From NCBI GenBank assembly GCA_964595645.1, contig CAZQQT010000003.1, forward strand, positions 96,001 through 160,000: DNA of 64,000 nucleotides, written 5' to 3'. Origin of the DNA: an uncultured Thermococci archaeon. GTDB lineage: Archaea > Methanobacteriota_B > Thermococci > Methanofastidiosales > B48-G16. Of the stretch, positions 52,310 through 62,578 are shown piece after piece (within the stretch, counting starts at the first letter, position 1; each line of letters opens with the position of its first letter). The notes beneath the pieces were generated by a model, which saw nothing but the letters and a program-made list of their open reading frames with translations, made no database searches and was not told the DNA's origin. A program made the translations under genes and the position numbers.

Positions 52310-52349
52310 TTAAATAAGTTACTCAGCAAAATTATAGCTGAGGGTCATT

Positions 52350-53549
52350 ATGTTTTTCTGGTCACGTGAGAAAGTAAAGAAGGCTGAGATCGAGAACTGG
52401 ATCGAAAACAAATACTCCTCTAAAATTGAAGATATTTTAAATTCCTCAGGTAAATATATGGAAAAAATAGAAAAAGAAAAACAAGAAATTAAGAAAAATC
52501 TCGAAAAAATCAAGTTTAAGGAACCTAACAAAAATGTCTTCAAAAAAATATACAAAAGTGCAATGAGCAGCCGTGATAAGTTCATTAAAAGTCTCAGTAT
52601 GACTATCGAAAAAGCTGAAACAGAGTATAACGATATAGAATCTTTGAAGAAAACGCATCAAGAACTCGTCGAATGTGTCAATTCGATGCAGAAGTATATG
52701 AAAATGCATGGGAAGTATCTCAACATGGTGTATGAAGACGAAATGAAAGAGATAAATAAGTCTTTGCGGGGTTTTGTCAGTAGTGTAGAAAATATTGGTG
52801 AAGAATTGAGAGAAACCGAGTTTATCAAACTTGAGGGACTCATGGGGCTTATTCGCGAAAAAAAATCTAAAAAAGAAGAAATAAAAAATAATGAAAGCAG
52901 TATAAAAGAACTCGAAAATAAAATAGAGAATGCAGATAAAAAAATACAAGATAAAGAGAAAGAACTCTCAAATGTAAAAGGAAAGATAAAAAAGGAGAAG
53001 AAAAAGTCTCAAGAAGAAAAAAATCTAAAAAAGAAGTTTAAAAATGTAGAAAACAAAATTTATAGTAAAATTGCACCATTAAAACGAGAAATGAGAAAAT
53101 TGGATAGGATAGTTGCGGAGAAAAAATTAAAAAAACAGATCCAGGACTACAGAGACTCCCCAGTAACAACATTTCTGCAGGATTCTGATCTTACTGTGTT
53201 CAAAAAAATTGTCCCCCATATCGAGGAAATGGAAACGGATGAGCATAAAAGAGAAAAAACATTAAACTTATTGAATTACATCTTAGAAGGTAATTTAGAA
53301 AATGAAAAAAGGAAATATAAAGAATTAAAAGAAAAAATAGATTCTTTTGAAGTTCCACACAAAGCAAGAGACAAGAGAAATTCTATAAAAAGAGAGATTA
53401 AAAAGTTACGGTCAAGAATAGTACGGTATGAGAAAAAAATCGAGGAAATCGAGGAAAGAAATGATCTTCTCCGAGAAGAAATTGATAGTTCAAAGGAGGA
53501 AATAATAGATGACCTGGAGGAACATTTTGACGTAAAGGTGCAGGAATGA
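52350..53549 (+). CDS. Long coiled-coil hypothetical protein
   Basis: K/E-rich heptads; no Walker motifs. Confidence 0.75.
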   Translation: MFFWSREKVKKAEIENWIENKYSSKIEDILNSSGKYMEKIEKEKQEIKKNLEKIKFKEPNKNVFKKIYKSAMSSRDKFIKSLSMTIEKAETEYNDIESLKKTHQELVECVNSMQKYMKMHGKYLNMVYEDEMKEINKSLRGFVSSVENIGEELRETEFIKLEGLMGLIREKKSKKEEIKNNESSIKELENKIENADKKIQDKEKELSNVKGKIKKEKKKSQEEKNLKKKFKNVENKIYSKIAPLKREMRKLDRIVAEKKLKKQIQDYRDSPVTTFLQDSDLTVFKKIVPHIEEMETDEHKREKTLNLLNYILEGNLENEKRKYKELKEKIDSFEVPHKARDKRNSIKREIKKLRSRIVRYEKKIEEIEERNDLLREEIDSSKEEIIDDLEEHFDVKVQE

Positions 53550-54304
53550 AGGAAAAGGTTTTCATCGTTTTTAATTTTCTCGCTGTACAGTTCTTAGGAA
53601 TTTTTGTGGCAGAAAAATTTTTTAAAAAAGATATTGTCGTAATTCAAGGCGGTTCAAATCCATCAACGTCTCTTTATCTGTTTCTCGCGATACTAGTAGC
53701 ATCGGGAATTGTACTTACACTGATAAAGTTCAATCTCAGTAAATTCTTGTACTATTTCGTAGATTATGGGGGGTTATTTCTCATGAACTACTATGTGTTC
53801 ACGTTCTTTATCGGTACCTATCTCTCGCTGGCATCGTCAATTGCTGTTGTAGCTATACGGTATAAAGTGCGGAAATGGTACGTGCTTAACTACTGCACGA
53901 TCATCCTTTCTGTTGGTGTAGTTTCCTTTCTCAGTACCTCACTGAAACCGCTTGTGATAGCAATCCTCATGGTGCTTCTCTCTGTGTACGATGTTATTTC
54001 TGTGTACAAAACAAAACATATGCTCACGCTTGCCGATGACGTGATGGAACAAGGAGGAAGTCAGGTTTTCCGTGGAGAGATAGAGGATGAAACAATAATA
54101 ATAGGGGCGGCAGACATTATCTTTCCGAATCTACTTATCGTTTCCATGTACTACAACTATGGGATACCGCTGTATCTCGTGACGGCTTCACTCTCACTTT
54201 TTGGACTTCTGCTTGCCACGCGTTTCTACAGAGAAGAAGGGCTCCCTATGATGCCCTTTGTTTCGTTGGGTGTGGTTGGAGTGGTGATAGCATCGATTTT
54301 ATGA
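53546..54304 (+). CDS. Presenilin/SPP-family intramembrane aspartyl protease homologue
   Basis: SVYDVISVYKTKHM; variant IGAAD; LPMMP; multiple TM helices. Confidence 0.85.
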   Translation: MKEKVFIVFNFLAVQFLGIFVAEKFFKKDIVVIQGGSNPSTSLYLFLAILVASGIVLTLIKFNLSKFLYYFVDYGGLFLMNYYVFTFFIGTYLSLASSIAVVAIRYKVRKWYVLNYCTIILSVGVVSFLSTSLKPLVIAILMVLLSVYDVISVYKTKHMLTLADDVMEQGGSQVFRGEIEDETIIIGAADIIFPNLLIVSMYYNYGIPLYLVTASLSLFGLLLATRFYREEGLPMMPFVSLGVVGVVIASIL

Positions 54305-54927
54305 AGGCATTAAAGGACATGTACTATCTGGTGAATCGGGGGTATAGTCAAGACTCAGCTGTACGTATTGTTGGTGATCATTATCAGCTTGAAAAGGAAG
54401 AACGATACAAATTGAAGCGAATAGTGTTTCCGGAAAGAGAAATATCACGTACAGAGAAGAAAAAACGCGAAATTACCTATATTAAAGATAAAAAAATGGC
54501 TGTGGATGGATACAATGTACTTATTACCACAGAATCGGTGCTCAAAAATGATGTATTCCTCTGTTTTGATGGAGTGGTGCGAGATGTGCAGGGAATATTT
54601 AAAAAATATAAGTTTGATGAAGAAGGTGAGAGAGCACTGGAAGAGATATTCTCCGTGCTCACGAAGTATCCACCGAAGGATACGCAATTTTTTTTCGATG
54701 TGCAGATAAGTAAAAGCGGAGAACTCTGTTCCCGCGTTCGGCGGATGCTTAGAACCCGTGGATTAGAGGGGGATGCACAAACGACGAAGAGCGTTGATTA
54801 CGCGCTAAAAAATCGTAAAATGCTCACAGCAACAAATGATTCAGTGATTATCCAGGAGCTAGATGAATTTGTAGATATTCCCCACGCCATATGGCGTCGA
54901 AAATACCTTCCCAAACATTATAAATAA
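54301..54927 (+). CDS. DUF434 domain protein (PIN-like)
   Basis: NRGY...VGDHYQL, VDGYNVLIT, DGVVRD and SKSGEL motifs. Confidence 0.8.
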   Translation: MKALKDMYYLVNRGYSQDSAVRIVGDHYQLEKEERYKLKRIVFPEREISRTEKKKREITYIKDKKMAVDGYNVLITTESVLKNDVFLCFDGVVRDVQGIFKKYKFDEEGERALEEIFSVLTKYPPKDTQFFFDVQISKSGELCSRVRRMLRTRGLEGDAQTTKSVDYALKNRKMLTATNDSVIIQELDEFVDIPHAIWRRKYLPKHYK

Positions 54928-54950
54928 GAACAGTACATATAACTATACAT

Positions 54951-55199
54951 ATGGCGAAACTCCCAAATCTCGAGAAGATGATACGCGAGAGAAAGGAAAC
55001 TATTGAAAAAGAAAAGAAAAGGAAAGAAAAAATACTCGAGAAAATCAACAAACCGCTTTCGGGCAACGAGGAGAAAAAATGCATGCTGTGTACGTACTAC
55101 GAGAAAGAGACGGAAACACACGGGCACTGTAAAAAACATGACAAAAAGGTGCTGGCATACTACTTCTGTGAGGATTTTGTGCCTAAATCCGAAGAGTGA
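54951..55199 (+). CDS. Small Cys-rich hypothetical protein
   Basis: CMLCTYY...GHCKK...CEDF. Confidence 0.65.
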   Translation: MAKLPNLEKMIRERKETIEKEKKRKEKILEKINKPLSGNEEKKCMLCTYYEKETETHGHCKKHDKKVLAYYFCEDFVPKSEE

Positions 55200-55280
55200 G
55201 TGTTTTGAGACAGCTCCTTTACGCGGTTGAACAAAACATTTATATTGTATCGCATTACATACAATTGTAACGGTGAAAGA

Positions 55281-55568
55281 ATGAAAGTGGTAACTTCACG
55301 CATCCCAGAAAAGTACATGAAAGATCTCGAAGAAATCCAAAAAGAAGAGAAAATTGATAGAGCAGAAGCTGTACGTCGGCTTCTCACTGGGGCTATAGCT
55401 GAATGGAAAAAGAAAAAGGCGTTAAAACTTCTTAAAGATCATAAAGTTACGATACGAAAAGCTGCATCGATTGCCGACATAACCTATGTGGAGATGCTGG
55501 AGCTAGCAGAAAAGTGTGATATTGGATACGATTTGGAGGAATTGGAGAAGGACCTGGAGCGGTTCTGA
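55281..55568 (+). CDS. UPF0175-family antitoxin (RHH + HTH)
   Basis: VVTSRIP...DRAEAVRRLL; VTIRKAASIA; TGATG coupling to the PIN gene. Confidence 0.8.
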   Translation: MKVVTSRIPEKYMKDLEEIQKEEKIDRAEAVRRLLTGAIAEWKKKKALKLLKDHKVTIRKAASIADITYVEMLELAEKCDIGYDLEELEKDLERF

Positions 55569-56053
55569 TGCTCGTTGTGGATTCCTGTGTGCTCATCTGC
55601 CTCTCACGAATCGGAAAACTCGATCTCCTGAGAAACGCAGATGAATGTTGCACTACAGAAGAGGTATGTCGGGAGACTGTAATAGAAGGCAAACGAGGGA
55701 GTTCTCAAATTGCTGAGGCGTTTGAACAGTGGCTCGTGAAAAAATCAGTAGATCGTGAGAAGGCAACGGCAATTGCAGAAAAGGAAGGAATTGAACCCGC
55801 AGATGGGACATTGCTCCTATTGGCGGAAAAAATGAAGAGTCCACTCCTCACCAACGATAAAGCGCTGATAACGCTCGCACGATCGAGAGATATAAAAGCA
55901 GTATGGATAACCTCGCTCCTTATAATGCTCTGTAAAGAAGGGGCATATTCGAAGGAGGAAACACTGGAAATGCTGTATAAACTTGTCCAGTCGGGGCTGC
56001 ACATTAGGACAGATGTCTACGCGAGGTTAGAGAGGAAAATTAGAGAATTTTGA
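55568..56053 (+). CDS. PIN-domain toxin (VapC/DUF3368-like)
   Basis: VVDSCVLI, E, AD and LLTND acidic motif. Confidence 0.82.
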   Translation: MLVVDSCVLICLSRIGKLDLLRNADECCTTEEVCRETVIEGKRGSSQIAEAFEQWLVKKSVDREKATAIAEKEGIEPADGTLLLLAEKMKSPLLTNDKALITLARSRDIKAVWITSLLIMLCKEGAYSKEETLEMLYKLVQSGLHIRTDVYARLERKIREF

Positions 56054-56266
56054 GACCAAATCGTTTGTTTTAGTTCTTCAAGTACCAATAATAACAGGCA
56101 AGAACCAAAATTATCAATAATCCAAAAATATAATGCCTTGTTGATTTTCTTGCATTAATCTTTTTGTCAAAGTTTATTGTATCAGACATAAATACCTAGT
56201 AAATAATTAATTAAAACGAAATATAAAGGTTTTTATTTAAATTAGTTTTAATAAATAAAAATATAA

Positions 56267-57785
56267 TTATTTAAGTTCGTTTTCAAAGAATTTCATAAAA
56301 TCCATGAAATTATTGACTTTGTCTGTGAAATAGTGGGCTGTCATAGCTTTTCTAGTAACAACATCCTCATCCTTGTATGGATTGAATCCTATTGCTGCTG
56401 ATATGTAACCGTCGTCTCGAATGCCAATTGTGCTATCGCAGACAAAAAAATATCCATTTTTTTTAGGGTAATATAAATCATCTGTTTGATAAAGTGAAGA
56501 GGGACTAGTATATATATATATTAGCCTTTTCTTTTCTCCATTCTCCATTTCCTAAAGATATTTTTACTAACGTTCTATCGTCCTTTGGAATACCAACAAA
56601 CCAGGAATCGTAATATTTACTGTTTTCCAATTCATCTAAATGTAATTCTATTCTTGGAGTAAGTACACAACCCCAATTGACTTCAACCGTGTCATTCTTT
56701 GTGACTGGTGTTGCATTGTACCATGTTTCTTCCCAAGGGAAACTCCACTCTTTAATACACCAGGTTCCATTTTTTAATGCGTTTAAATATTTTGTCCAGG
56801 CTGAGTCTTTATTACTCCCTGCGTTACATTCTGCAGTTTCTGGCTAATGTGGATAATACTTATCCCTCATTTCCTGAGTGTCCTCTAAGAGATCGAGGAA
56901 ATAGACCTGTGTGCCGTCTTCTGTTATCCTTACTATATCGCCTGGAAGGTAGAATGCCACAGGATTTGTTCTCATAGATATTAATTTTCTTGAATTTTCT
57001 TTAACAAATAATTTATCATACACAGTTCCATAGAATTCATTGTCCTTTTCATTGTAAAGCAATTTGTAAATGTCTAATTTTTCTTCAGGTTTTAGATTAA
57101 ACCTTTCTATTTGTCTGTTTTCAGAAAGTCTTTCAACCAAATCATCTTCATAATTTTCAACTGACCTATCTTTGAAAATTGCATTGAAAAGTTGATGATC
57201 TATGTTTCCCGTTACAAATTCATCTTTACTGTTTATCTTGTTATCTTGGGTAAGGTAGTCAAGAATTAATTCTCCTTTCTCTTCTTGTTCTAAAGTATTT
57301 AAAATGTTTAAAGCAGAATCCTTTCCAGTTATCTTCCTTAAATTAACTAGACCTCTAAGAGAAAAGTTATCATCGTATTTATCCATAAATGCTCCTACTT
57401 TAAACTCGTCGGAATTTTCAAACATGTATTCTTTATGTTCTTCTATGTTAGGATTTTTAGTGTGGAAAGACCAATAAGTGTTTAAATTTTCTAAATTTTC
57501 ATCTGATATTGTTTTTGCAAATTCAAATAAAGAAGGATCTTTGTTTAACAATTCAGCATATTTTAATTCTTTTTCATTTAATTCTCCGTTTTCATCATAA
57601 TTTTGTATAATTTTTACTATTTCTGGTGTTAAATTATTATATTCTGACAAATTTTCTTTTAGTGGTTGTGTAGTTGTTGGTGGAGCTGTTGTAGTTGGCT
57701 CTGGTGTGGTAGTTGGTGTCTCCTCCTGCGAGATGCAGAGGGAGGTGAGTACCAGTGAGAGAACAATGAAGGCTTTCAGCTTCAT
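56267..57785 (-). pseudogene. Disrupted lipoprotein-like surface protein
   Basis: Lipobox-like signal (SLCIS) and Thr/Pro linker; in-frame TAG at 56844-56846; 112 more open codons; frameshift at (TA)6 56509-56520 into ORF 56267-56548. Confidence 0.7.
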
Positions 57786-57826
57786 ACCAAAAGCATCGAT
57801 TTTTTGGTTTAAATAGGTTGGGGTCA

Positions 57827-60529
57827 CTATCCTGTCACCGAATTCCACAGCTGCCCTACTACCAATGGGAAAACGCTAAATCCAAAAACGAGCATCCACC
57901 CAGTCATCCCCGGATCCACTGTCTTGAGCACCATGGAGAGGCCGGGAAGGTAGGTGGCAAGCAGGAGTAGTACACCACAGAGAAGAAGGGCCCCCCATAC
58001 ATATGGGTTCGTCGTAATCTCATTTTTTAGGAGGGGTGAGCCTCTGTTCCGCATGTTGAACACATGCCATAATTGTGAGAAGGCCAGTGTCAAAAATGAA
58101 ATGGTCACAACCTGTGTCTCCGGCATCTTGTACCAGAATAGTGCTATGGAGAATGCACTCAGCACTGCTATTGTGATGATCATTCCGTAGACACCTATTC
58201 TCTCCCAGTGGTTCCGGGTAAGAATGGACTCCTTGGGATCCCGGGGAGGAACGTTCATGATGTTTGGACTACCTTTCCCACCGCTGAGGGCAAATGCAGG
58301 GAATATATCGGTGACTACATTCAGGAAGAGGATTTGAAGCGGAAGAATCGGTAACGGTACACCCATAAGCGATGCCAAGAATATCACAAGTATCTCGCTG
58401 ATATTGCATGAGAGCAAATAAAATACGAACTTTCGAATATTGTTGAAGATAATTCGCCCCTGTTCTACTGCCATCTCAATGGTGGAAAAGTTGTCATCCC
58501 GGAGAATGATGTCAGCGGCTTCCCGTGCTACCTGTGTACCCCGTTGCCCCATGGCTACGCCAATATCTGCCTTGTTGAGGGCTGGAGCATCGTTCACACC
58601 GTCCCCTGTCATTGCTACGATGGAGCCGGCTGTTTGATGGATATCAATGAGATTGAGCTTTTGTGCTGGACTCACTCTGGCGAATATTGGTGCACGGAGG
58701 ATTTCCCCTTGTTCTTCTTCTGTTAGTGACTTTATCTCTTCCAGTACCCTCCCGTCCAACACCTCGATCTCTTCCGTTTCAATGAGTCCTACCTCACGAC
58801 CGATGGTGCGTGCAGTCGCGGCGTGGTCGCCGGTTACCATGACCACACGGATACCTGCTGCTTGACACGCATCTATCGCTGGACGGACCTCTCTTCGGGG
58901 CGGATCTAACAGCCCTATAAGCCCTATAAATGTAAGATCGTGGTAGGGATCCTCATCGATATTATTTATGTCTTTTCTTGCTACTGCTAGAACTCTTAGT
59001 CCATCAGATGCCAGCTCTTCATTTATACTTTCCCAACGTGTTTTTTCTTTGTCGGTCAGCTTCTTCTTCTCGTTATCAGTATGAATTTGCGTACACACTT
59101 CAAGCACGGCCTCAGGTGCACCCTTCACGGCAACGATATGCTGTTCATCTGCCTTGTGGAAGGTCGCCATCATTTTTACAGCGGGATCAAAGGACTCTTC
59201 TCTCACTTCTGGGTACGTCGTCACTATGGTATCTCTCTTAATACCGGCCTTTTCACCCGCAACGAGCAGTGCCACCTCCATGGGATCTCCCACAGCCTGA
59301 AGTTCATCAGCGTGGGACAATGAAGCGTTGTTGCACAACACGCCATTGATCAGTATCTCATAAAGTGCAGTATTAGTTTCCGGGTCTATCTCTTGTTCTT
59401 CCAATGTAAAGACGCCTTCGAGCTCCAGTCCTGTTCCACTCACTGAGATTCTACCTTCATCAACGACAATGTCCGTCACGGTCATTTTATTCTCGGTGAG
59501 TGTACCTGTTTTGTCTGTACAGATGACGCTGGTTGATCCGAGTGTTTCCACCGCTGAAAGTCTGTTCACCAGCGCATTCTGATTGGCCATCTTCCACATT
59601 CCTCGTGCGAGTGCCATGGTGGCGACAATAGGAAGTCCTTCCGGTACAGTGGCCACAGCAAGGGCTATTGCTGTCTCAATCATTTGAAAGATATCCTTTC
59701 CTTGAACTATCCCACTCACAGCAACAACGCCGGCAATGGCAAGGGTGACCCAGACCAGTTTCTGCCCCAGTGTTTCCAGCCGCTTTTCAAGTGGGGTTTT
59801 TTCCTCTTTTTGTGCCTCTTCTACCAGCGATGAGATCTTTCCTAGCTCAGTATCCATCCCTGTCGCAACGACGACTCCTTCCGCGGTACCCCGGGTAAGC
59901 GCCGTGCCCTTGTAAAGCATATTATGCCGATCAGCCAGCGGTACGTCCTCTGCAATTGGTTCTACCTGTTTGCTCACGGGGACAGACTCACCGGTGAGCG
60001 AAGACTCGTCTACTTGGAGTTTTGATGTCTCTATCAACCGCATATCTGCGGTGATAACATCTCCTGCTTCCAATACAACGATATCGCCGGGCACAATATC
60101 TTCTGCAGACACTTTTTTGACCGTTCCTTCCCTTCTCACTTCATCCGTTATCTCAGTGAGTGTGTAAAGTGCCTCCATCGATTTAATCGCTCTGTACTCA
60201 GTATAAAAACCTATTATTGAGTTGATCACAATCACTATGGCAATGGCAATGCCCTCTATCCACTCTCCAAAAAGGAAAGAGACCCCGGTAGCAACTGTAA
60301 GTAAGATCACCAGTATACTCTTAAACTGGTTGATCAGGATTTCCACAGCACTCTTTTTTTCTGCTTTTCTGAGTGTGTTAGGTCCAAACTGCTGCTTTCT
60401 GCGTTCGATTTCTTTTTGTTCCAGTCCTTTTTCTCTATCCACATCTAAAATATGTAGTACTTTGTCGGGTGGGAGTTTCCAGAATTCCTTTGAAGGAACG
60501 TCTCGAGGGATACCTGCAGCTCTTTCCAT
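57827..60529 (-). CDS. Second P2A-type cation-transporting ATPase
   Basis: TGES, PEGLP, DKTGT, KGAPE and GDGVND motifs. Confidence 0.93.
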   Translation of the reverse strand: MERAAGIPRDVPSKEFWKLPPDKVLHILDVDREKGLEQKEIERRKQQFGPNTLRKAEKKSAVEILINQFKSILVILLTVATGVSFLFGEWIEGIAIAIVIVINSIIGFYTEYRAIKSMEALYTLTEITDEVRREGTVKKVSAEDIVPGDIVVLEAGDVITADMRLIETSKLQVDESSLTGESVPVSKQVEPIAEDVPLADRHNMLYKGTALTRGTAEGVVVATGMDTELGKISSLVEEAQKEEKTPLEKRLETLGQKLVWVTLAIAGVVAVSGIVQGKDIFQMIETAIALAVATVPEGLPIVATMALARGMWKMANQNALVNRLSAVETLGSTSVICTDKTGTLTENKMTVTDIVVDEGRISVSGTGLELEGVFTLEEQEIDPETNTALYEILINGVLCNNASLSHADELQAVGDPMEVALLVAGEKAGIKRDTIVTTYPEVREESFDPAVKMMATFHKADEQHIVAVKGAPEAVLEVCTQIHTDNEKKKLTDKEKTRWESINEELASDGLRVLAVARKDINNIDEDPYHDLTFIGLIGLLDPPRREVRPAIDACQAAGIRVVMVTGDHAATARTIGREVGLIETEEIEVLDGRVLEEIKSLTEEEQGEILRAPIFARVSPAQKLNLIDIHQTAGSIVAMTGDGVNDAPALNKADIGVAMGQRGTQVAREAADIILRDDNFSTIEMAVEQGRIIFNNIRKFVFYLLSCNISEILVIFLASLMGVPLPILPLQILFLNVVTDIFPAFALSGGKGSPNIMNVPPRDPKESILTRNHWERIGVYGMIITIAVLSAFSIALFWYKMPETQVVTISFLTLAFSQLWHVFNMRNRGSPLLKNEITTNPYVWGALLLCGVLLLLATYLPGLSMVLKTVDPGMTGWMLVFGFSVFPLVVGQLWNSVTG

Positions 60530-60657
60530 GGAGATTACCTGTAGTGTATGAGAAATCGTGGAGTAAAGTACTTAAATATTATGGGGGTCATGCTCGATAT
60601 ACTACAGCCATCACGGGCTGTCCAAACCAATATAAATCTGATTGCATATGAGGAAGT

Positions 60658-61308
60658 ATGATACAAGCTGTGCTCTTCGATCTGGACGATACACTTCACA
60701 ACTCGACAGCGCTCTCCGCTCGTGCACGAAAGGCCGCACTGCGAGCTATGAGAGGAGAAGGACTTGATATTAATGTGGAAAAAGGCTACATGGAGCTCAT
60801 GGAGATCGTAAGAAAATACGGAAGCAATTACCCTCACCACCTCGATCGTTTTCTCGAAAGGAAGCTGGGACACGTGGACCACAAACTTCTCGCCTCGGCG
60901 GTGATAGCATACCACAATACAAAATTTGCGTATATACGCCCCTTTGACGACGCTGTTCCCACACTCATAGAACTTGCTCGATGGGGGAAAACCATGGGCA
61001 TTGTGACTAACGGCGTCGCAATCAAACAGTGGGAGAAGATCTTGAGACTCGGGCTTGAGCATTTCTTTGCATCCGTAGTAGTGTCCTCTGAGGTACAGTG
61101 CGAGAAACCCTCGCCAAAAATCTATAAGACAGCACTGGAGCAGCTGGATGTTCCTCCAGAGGAGGCAATGATGGTTGACAACAATCCTCGTGATCTACAA
61201 GGTGCAGAGAAGATAGGCATGCACACGGTACTCATGGCCAGAGTAAAAGATGCAGAGTTCTCGCCCAAAATTAAAACACTGAGCGAACTGTTAGATCTCA
61301 TCGATTAA
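60658..61308 (+). CDS. HAD-superfamily hydrolase (TIGR02253-like)
   Basis: FDLDDTL, VTNG, KQWEKI and KP motifs. Confidence 0.88.
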   Translation: MIQAVLFDLDDTLHNSTALSARARKAALRAMRGEGLDINVEKGYMELMEIVRKYGSNYPHHLDRFLERKLGHVDHKLLASAVIAYHNTKFAYIRPFDDAVPTLIELARWGKTMGIVTNGVAIKQWEKILRLGLEHFFASVVVSSEVQCEKPSPKIYKTALEQLDVPPEEAMMVDNNPRDLQGAEKIGMHTVLMARVKDAEFSPKIKTLSELLDLID

Positions 61309-61628
61309 TCCTGCAGAATACCCTCTTTTCGGATTTTTTTACATAAACTACAGAGTGATTCTTGGTAATCTCCCCCTTCAGCTATTTTTTTGGCTATTTC
61401 TTGCGATCTTTTCTTTATACGCGGGAATCGATCGATAATTTCTCTTTTTTTCCCTCGAGTTTTTTGGATATACTGGCTTACCGAAGCCTGCGTCACTCCT
61501 ATTTTTTCGGCTATCTCTGTCTGGGTAAAGTTATACTTATTGTACAGAATGTACACTATTTCAGATTTTACCGAGGGCACGATTTCTTTGATCACTACTT
61601 CGCACGGAAGTTTTGTAGGTTCACTCAT
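61305..61628 (-). CDS. XRE-like HTH transcriptional regulator with Cys motifs
   Basis: PCE; TQTEIAEKIGVTQASVSQY; C-terminal CSLC. Confidence 0.85.
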   Translation of the reverse strand: MSEPTKLPCEVVIKEIVPSVKSEIVYILYNKYNFTQTEIAEKIGVTQASVSQYIQKTRGKKREIIDRFPRIKKRSQEIAKKIAEGGDYQESLCSLCKKIRKEGILQD

Positions 61629-61643
61629 ATAACAATGTTATAT
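61627..61643. promoter_or_regulatory. Palindromic operator candidate between HTH gene and nadA
   Basis: ATATAACA-A-TGTTATAT perfect inverted repeat. Confidence 0.6.
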
Positions 61644-61681
61644 CTCGAAAGCTTAATAAAGGTTTCTTTTGAAATGTGATT

Positions 61682-62578
61682 ATGATCCGGGATAATATTC
61701 TGGAGCTGAAGGAAACAGAAGACCTTGTAATTCTCGCTCACAACTACCAAATACCAGAAATTCAGGAAGTAGCTGATTTTATCGGTGATTCATTGGAGCT
61801 ATGCCGAACTTCTCAGAATACAGACGCTAAACATATCGTATTTTGCGGTGTTGATTTCATGGCGGAGACGGCTGCAATCCTGAATCCGGACAAAACTGTG
61901 CTTATGCCGGACATTACATCGAAATGCCCCATGGCTCAAATGCTTCCGGGCAAAAGAATAGAGGAGGCACGGGAAAAATATCCTGACGCAGCGGTAGCCG
62001 TTTACGTCAACACGCTGGCAGAAGCTAAGGCGGAAGCTGATATCACATTCACCTCTGCAAACTCCGTGAAAGTTGTCAATTCGCTAGAAGAAGACGAGGT
62101 ACTTTTTGGACCGGATAAGAACATTGCGTGGTACGTTCAGCATCATACAGAAAAGAAAATAATCCCACTTCCCAAGTTCGGACACTGTAGAGTTCACGAA
62201 CATAAAATCTCCAAAAAAAATATACTAGATCTAAAGGAACAACATCCTGACGCGCTTATTCTGGCACATCCAGAGTGCAATCCCGAAGTACAGAAGATAG
62301 CCGACCATCTCTGCTCAACATCACAGATGCTTGAAAAGGCAGGTCTCGATAATAACGAGTTTATTATAGGAACAGAGAAAGAAATGTGCTACCGGTTAAG
62401 AAAGGAACACCCTGATAAGGAGTTCTACTGTATTGAAAATGCTGTGTGTACCAATATGAAAAAACATACGCTTCCAAAGTTGTACAAGGTAATGAAAAAC
62501 AAGAACAACATTGTAACAGTAGATCCGAAGATAGCTAGAAGGGCGAAGAAGGCGATAGAACGAATGCTGGCGTTATGA
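61682..62578 (+). CDS. nadA: Quinolinate synthase
   Basis: LAHNYQ, GDSL, CGVDFMAE, CPMA, YVN, HPEC and C.NMK motifs. Confidence 0.95.
   Translation: MIRDNILELKETEDLVILAHNYQIPEIQEVADFIGDSLELCRTSQNTDAKHIVFCGVDFMAETAAILNPDKTVLMPDITSKCPMAQMLPGKRIEEAREKYPDAAVAVYVNTLAEAKAEADITFTSANSVKVVNSLEEDEVLFGPDKNIAWYVQHHTEKKIIPLPKFGHCRVHEHKISKKNILDLKEQHPDALILAHPECNPEVQKIADHLCSTSQMLEKAGLDNNEFIIGTEKEMCYRLRKEHPDKEFYCIENAVCTNMKKHTLPKLYKVMKNKNNIVTVDPKIARRAKKAIERMLAL

Noticed and set aside
52350-53549. SMC/Rad50 assignment for the coiled-coil protein
   Set aside because: No Walker A/B, signature motif or hinge/hook
56844-56846. Pyrrolysine decoding of the in-frame TAG
   Set aside because: No pyl genes in the window, other genes use TAG as a normal stop, and the gene has a second lesion
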